From positions 2,179,496 to 2,243,495 of the forward strand of contig CAVYRF010000001.1 in NCBI GenBank assembly GCA_963770895.1: a stretch of DNA of 64,000 bases, written 5' to 3'. The notes beneath the pieces were generated by a model. That model had not been told where the DNA came from and searched no databases. It saw only the letters and a program-made list of their open reading frames with translations. The position numbers were made by a program, and so were the translations under genes. This DNA is from an uncultured Acidobacteriota bacterium. Lineage in GTDB: Bacteria; Acidobacteriota; Thermoanaerobaculia; Multivoradales; UBA5704. Numbering within the stretch: position 1 is the first letter of the stretch; each line of letters begins with the position of its first letter. Positions 57,901-64,000 of this stretch are shown in pieces.

Positions 57901-60900
57901 GCAGGTGCTGCCGGCGCAGACCTCGCAGGCGACGGCGCTGTACACCGTGGTGTCGGGCGGGGTGGCGAGCGGCATGCCGCTGAGCCTGGCGGTGACGGAG
58001 CAGCTGACGCTGCTCGACGGCACGACGCGGCAGGAGCCGCCGTACGGGGCGGACCTGGTGCTGTACCACGCGGCGGACGGCACGCCGCGGTCGCGCTTCC
58101 AGCTGGCGCCGTCGCCGACGGCGCAGTCGCTGCCGATCAGCCTGGGCTCGGACGTCGCGGCGCTGCGCGCCTACAGCGGGGCGGGGCCGGCGCCGGGCAA
58201 CGTGGTGGGTCCGGGCGGCGGCACCTACGCCGATGCCGACGGCGACACGGTGACGGTGCCGGCGGGGGCGCTGGCGCAATCGACGGCGGTGGCGCTCACC
58301 CCGGTCGCGGCCGGCGACCTGGCGCTGCCGGCGCCGGCAGGGACGACGCTCGACGGCGCGCTGCGCCTCGACCTGGGCGGCCAGACGCTGAGCTCGGCGG
58401 CGGCCCTGACCCTGGAGCTGGCGGCGGCGCCGCCGGCGGGTAGCGAGGGGCTGCTGCTCGAAGAGACCGACTTCGGGTCGGGTCCGGTGCTGCGGCCGGT
58501 GGCGGCGCTGGTGGCGTCGGGAGCGGCGTGGACGACGGTGGCGGCGGCGGCGAGCGACCTGCCGTGGGCGGGGGTGACGCAGGGCGCCGTCTACCTGTTC
58601 GTGCGCCTGGGCGGGCCGATCGGCTACGTCCACGGCACCGTCAGCCAGGCCGGCGGCGCGGCGCTGGCGGGCGCCGTCGTCACTGGCGCCGGATTGGGCT
58701 GGGCGCAGCAGACGGCGGGCGACGGCACCTACGTGCTGCCGGCGCCGGTGGGATCGGTCGCGGTGGCGGCGCTCGATCCCGCCAGCGGCAACTCGGCCAG
58801 CGGCAGCGCCACCATCGCCGCCGACCAGACCGAGGTCGAGCTGGACCTGACCGTGCAGGCGGTGCCGCTGGCCGTCGTGGCGACGGCGCCGGCCGACGGC
58901 GCCACCGCGGTCCTCCTCGGCATCCAGCCGACGGTGACCTTCAACCGGCCGATCGATGCGACCACCGTCAGCGGTTCGAGCGGCGGCATCCAGCTGCTTG
59001 CGGGCGGCGCCGGCGGCACGCCGGTGCCGGTCGACGTCACCGTCGCCGGCGCGGTCGCCACCGCGGCGCCGCAGGCGACGCTGCTGCCGGGCACCGTCTA
59101 CCAGCTGCTGGTGGCGTCATCGGTGCGCGACCTTTACGGCGCCGGCATGGCCGCGGCGGTCAGCGCGACCTTCACCACCCAGACGCTGACCCTGCCGAGC
59201 AGCTGGAACGTCGCCAGGATCTTTGCGGTCCAGCCCGACGACGCGGGCGACGCCACGGTGCTCGGCCAGGCGGCAGCGCTGCCCGCCGGCGCCCTGGTCT
59301 ACGTCGAGAACACCGGCGAGCTGATCTCGACCCCGTCGGTGACGGTGGGGCAGGACGGCTCGTTCAACGTCACGGTCGCGGCGGAGCTCACCGACACCGT
59401 GCTGCTGCACGTCCTGATCACCGGCAGCAACGAGGTCATCCTGCCGCTGGGACCGTTCCACACCGCCGACCTGGCGTCGGCGCTGGTCGATGCCGGCGGC
59501 GAAAGCTTCGCCACCGGCGCCGGGGTGAGCGTGACGGTGCCCGCCGGCGCCTTCAGCGCCGCCACCTGGGTGCGCGTCACCCCGGCCCAGCCCAGCGACC
59601 CGCAGCCGGCGCCGCCGATCACCGGCCTGCCCGGCGTCTACGGCTACACCCTGGGCTTCACCAGCAGCGCCGACGGCAGCACGGTGGCGAGCGCCGCGAC
59701 GGGGCTGCAGATCGGCGTGCCGCTGCCGGCCGGGTCCCCTGCGCCCACAGGCAATGTCTACCTGGTCCAGCGCGCGGTGACCGCGCTGGGGCAGACCGGC
59801 TGGATGCTGATGGACTTCGCGACCGCCGGCGGCAACGGGCAGGTGATCACCACCACCGACCCGACCACCCCGCAGGGCGGCGGCGCCACCCCGGCGCAGG
59901 CGCGGGCGGCGCGCCGAGCGCGGCTCGCCCCGGCAGCGACGGCTGCGGCAGGCGGCGGTGGCGCGACGACGCAGGCGGCGCTGGAGGCCGGGCCGGCGGC
60001 GCCGATCGTGACGCGCGACCAGGCGCAGGCGGCGCAGGGCTACCTGCCGGGATCGGCGCTGCCCGGCCAGTACCAGATGCAGGCGCCGCAGCTGCCGGTC
60101 GGCTACTACAGCCTGCCGATTTCGTTCGGCACCGACGTCGGCATCTGGAACAGCGATCTCGACAACGAGGTCGCGGTCATCAATCAGGATATTTCCAGCC
60201 TGCTGGCCTACGACTCGGTGCTCATCCCGACGCTGCTCAACCGGCCGGCGACGATCACCGTACGCGACCTGTCGACCGGCTATATCCTGACCACCCAGAC
60301 CCTGGCGCCGCCGGCCAACAGCACGCCGGTGGTGGTGCCGCCGGAAGCGCTGGGCGACGGCACGCCGCCGCTGCCGGTGTCGGGCTCGCCCATCCGCTTC
60401 TTCCTGATCGACCTGTCGGCGGCGGCGCCGCCCGCCTTGGATCAGGGCATCACCGTGCAGTCGTCGGCGGGGAACCTGGCGGTCAGCGGCGCCACGGGGG
60501 CGGCGCAGGGCGGGGTGACGGTGCGTCTGGTCGGTGTCGACGACGACGTGCTGGCGACGACCACGGCCGGTGCGAGCGGTACCTTCCAGCTGTCGCAGGC
60601 GGTGACCGCCGGCAACCGCTACCTGCTGGCGATCGGCGCGGTGGTGGCGAGCAGCCAGACCTTGGTCCTCCAGTTCAGCAAGGGGCTGGACAGCGCCCAC
60701 ACCGACCTGGACGTGCTCGACAGCGCGGGCACCTCGGTCGCCCCGGTCATCACCGGCGGCGCCACGCCGGCGGCGGTGGTGGTGGCGCCGGCGGTCGGCT
60801 GGACCGGCGGCCAGGCGTACACGCTACACCTGGGGCCAGGGCTCAACGACGGCCTGGGCGACGCCTGGGGCAAGACCCTGGACGTACCCTTCCAGGCCAG

Positions 60901-63900
60901 CAAGGGGCAGGTGGGCTCCACCTACACGCTGCCGGTCGCCTACGACATGGCGCTCGTGGGCAGCATGCTGTTCGTGGCCGCCGACACCAAGGGCCTGCTG
61001 GTGCTCGACGCCAGCAATCCCGCCAGCCTGACCGACCTCATCCCCGGCGGTGCGACCTTCCCGCTGCTCTTCAACGACCCGGTGCGCGGCGTGGCGGTCA
61101 CCCAGCACGGCCTGGTCCTGGAGGTGGGCGGCGGCGTGGCCGGCTTCGGCCAGCTGAAGATCTTCGATCCGCTGCTGCTAACGCCCAGCCTGATCGCCAA
61201 TATCGCCGCGAACCCCACCAGCTCGACCTACCTGGGCGCGCCGTTGCGTGGCACCACGCTGCTTTCCGATTCGCTGACCAACGCCACCACCCAGCTGCCG
61301 GAGGGCACGCCGCGGCGGGTGGCGCCGCTGTCGAACGACACCGAGCTGGATTGGATCGCCGGCAGTGCCACGCCGCCCGGCGGCGTGACGCTCAACCCTG
61401 CCACGCCGCCCACTCCGCCGGCAGCCAACGGCGAGTACACGCTCACCGTGTCGGGCGGCGGCGTCGGTCACGGCCATCCGGTGAGCTTCTTCGACCGCAC
61501 CCTGGGGCGCCAGGTGCGCGCCGACGCGGCGGCGGACGGGACGTTTTCGCTCAGCCTGTCGGTGCGTCCCGACGACCAGCTGGCGCTGCTCGAAAACGCC
61601 AACAGCCTGGCCTACGTCGCCACTCCCGGCGTCGGCGTCGAGGTGGTCGATCTCGACGACGTCTACAACTCGACAGCCTCCAGCGGGCCGCCGGTGCTGA
61701 GCGCCGTGGAGGGCATCTACAGCGGCTTCGAAGACCCCAACCTGCTGCTGTGCGGCCAGCAGGTGGCCGACCTGGCGAGCGTGCTGGAACAGGTCGGCGT
61801 GCTGTTCGATGCGCACAACCCGCACCCGCTGGTGGTCGCCGGCCTGGTGGGCAACAACGGCGTCGTGCTGCTCGACAGCTCGCTGGCAGCGCCGGGGACG
61901 CTCACGTTCCTCAACGACATCTGCGTCAACGTGCAGGGCAGCAACGCGGTCACCGGCATGGCGGTGGTGCAGCACTACGTCTTCGATTGGAACGGCGACG
62001 GGCAGCTCGACCCGGCGAAGGCGGCCGACTACATCGTGGTCACCCACCGCACCGCCGGCGTGCTGATCTACGACGTCACCGACCGCACCAATCCGACGCT
62101 GGTGGGGGAGATCCCGCTGCCCGGCCAGGCGGAGACGTGACCGTCGATACGGTGCGCCGCCGCCTCTACGTGTCGGGTCTGGCGGGCGGTCTGTACGTGG
62201 TGGATTTCAATCACAAGCCGTCGATCGGCCTGCTCGACCAGAACCACGACGGCACCGACGACCGGGTGCTGCAGACCATCACCCTGCCCGGCGACACCGA
62301 TGCGCCCGCCTTCGCGATCCCGGCCTTGGGAATGATCTACGCCGACGGCGAGCAGCGCGGCGTGACCGGCATCTCGGTGGGCGATCCGCAGATCGCCGCG
62401 CTCGCCTACAACCTGCCGCCGCCGGCGGGGCAGGCACCGGCGGCGAACCAGCTGAATGGCGGCCTGCGCCAGGTCACCCAGGTGGCGCCGTTCGGTGTGC
62501 CCACGGTGTCGGAAGGAGACAACGGCCAGAACCAGCCGGCCCTCCTCCGCTTCCAGGTGGGATTGCCGGGAAGCCTGGGCAAAACCGTGCAGCTGGACGT
62601 GCAGTCGATGGGGCCGTACGGTGCGCCGGTGGCGCCGGCGGGAAACTCGGCGGTGCAGACCAACCTGCCGCCGGTGGCGCGACCGGCGCGCAGGGACTGG
62701 TCTTCACGCGCCTGTCGGACGCGCCGACCGATGCGGGCTACAACCTCTACCAGTCGGCGCCGGTGCTGCTTTTGTCAGACCTCAAGGCGTCGCAGGCGTA
62801 CGTGCGCACCGCCGACGAGAGCGACAGCTGCACGCGGTGCGATCCCGCGCAGGAGCTTGTCCCTCCGAACACGCAGGAGCTGCTGTCGGGAGAAAACATC
62901 GTCGTGCGCCTGCCGCAGGCGCTGCGCAGCCAGCTGGCGCCGGTCTACACCGCGGACCAGCTGGACGGCAGCCAGCTCACCATCCATGGCGTGCGCTGGG
63001 AGTCGACGCCCACGCCCTATCCGGAACCGATGCAGAATGCGGCGCCGCAAAACGGCGTGCACCTTCACTCCGGCGAGATGACGACGGCGGCGGTGGACAT
63101 GACCGTCGCCGGCCGCGGCATGGACTTCGTGCTCGAGCGGACCTATCACGGCCAGGTGGTCGGCGAAGGGCCGTTCGGGCCGGGCTGGGATTACAACTAC
63201 AACCAGCGCCTGCGCGAGCTGCCGAACGGCGACGTGCAGCTGTACGACGGCCGCGGCCGGCGGAACCGTTCCAGAAGTGCTCCCCGAGCGACACGGCCTG
63301 CCAGGCGGCGGGCAGAGCGGCCAGCCGGGCCAATACCGGTCGCCGCCGGGCGTTTTCGCGACGTTGCAGAAGACGGCCGCGGGCTTCCAGCTGATCGATG
63401 CGCGGCACAACCTCACCCAGTTCGATCTGACCGGTCGCCTGCAATCGATCGCGGATGCGGTCAAGCAGGACGCCCAGACCGGCAACCAGATGAGCTTCAG
63501 CTATGACATTGCGGGCCACCTGGCGAGCGTCACCGACACGCTGGGGCGGCAGATCACCTTCAGCTACGACACCAACGGCCATGTCACCCAGGTCCAGGAT
63601 TTCGACGGCCGCGCCTTCACCTACCAATACGACGCCGGCGGCCGGCTGACCAGCGTCACCACGCCCACCGTGGTCAGCGTGCAGTTCAACGGCGGCGACA
63701 CCGTCACCACCAACCAGGGCGGCATCGTCACCACCTACGGCTACGACGGCACCACCGGCGACCTGGCGACGACGCTCAACGCGCGCGGCAAGCTGATCTC
63801 GACGACCGACGGCAAGGACCAGACCTGGCTGCAGGTCAGCTACGCCGATCTGCACGGCAGCGGCCACAACGATTCGGTGAGCACCCAGAATTGGGCCACG

Positions 63901-64000
63901 GGCGCGGCGCAGTTCACCTACGACTACGACGCCCATACGGTGACCGTCACCGATCCGCAGGGCAATCCGTTGCAGTACACCACCACCGATGCCGGGCAGA
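54949..64000 (+). CDS. Giant secreted Ig-like/LVIVD/RHS-YD repeat protein, frameshifted, runs off the window
   Basis: ATGA-coupled to the upstream stop; hydrophobic signal (ALVSLLALASLG...LAAQA); Ig repeats (L.EG.N.LT..A.D.AGN.S...V.RDT.PP); LVIVD-like repeats (LFVAADTKGLLVLDASNP, GVLIYDVTDRTNP); DUF6531-like GVHLHSGE...DFVLERTY...GPFGPGWDYNY; YD repeats (SYDIAGHLASVTDTLGR, YQYDAGGRLTSVT). Frame changes near 56076, 62133, 62675, 63262 and 63312. Confidence 0.85.

Overview
Very GC-rich bacterial DNA. The NRPS style, the RiPP leader and the giant secreted proteins suggest Acidobacteriota/Thermoanaerobaculia, but this is inference only. There are three blocks. (1) 1-28326 is an NRPS cluster. A minus-strand NRPS (ACP-C-A-T-C-A-T-C..., running off the left edge and absent from the ORF track) is transcribed divergently from two translationally coupled plus-strand NRPSs. 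These carry 5 modules built from recently duplicated Pro-like and Phe-like modules and end in a frameshifted TE. They are followed by ADC lyase (pabC) and a fused ADC synthase (pabAB), which together supply p-aminobenzoate. (2) 28478-35428 holds small accessory genes: three secreted hydrolases, an FkbM methyltransferase, an unannotated 48-aa lanthipeptide-like precursor, a DUF1801 protein, a TetR remnant, PadR with a palindromic operator, a membrane protein and a rhodanese. (3) 35816-64000 is a coupled pair of giant secreted proteins. The first is 6378 aa, with Ig/carboxypeptidase-regulatory repeats and nine glycine-rich modules carrying Cys-containing variable loops. The second is a >3000-aa Ig/LVIVD/RHS-YD protein broken by at least 5 frameshifts and running off the right edge. 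I saw no rRNA, tRNA, CRISPR array or transposase.
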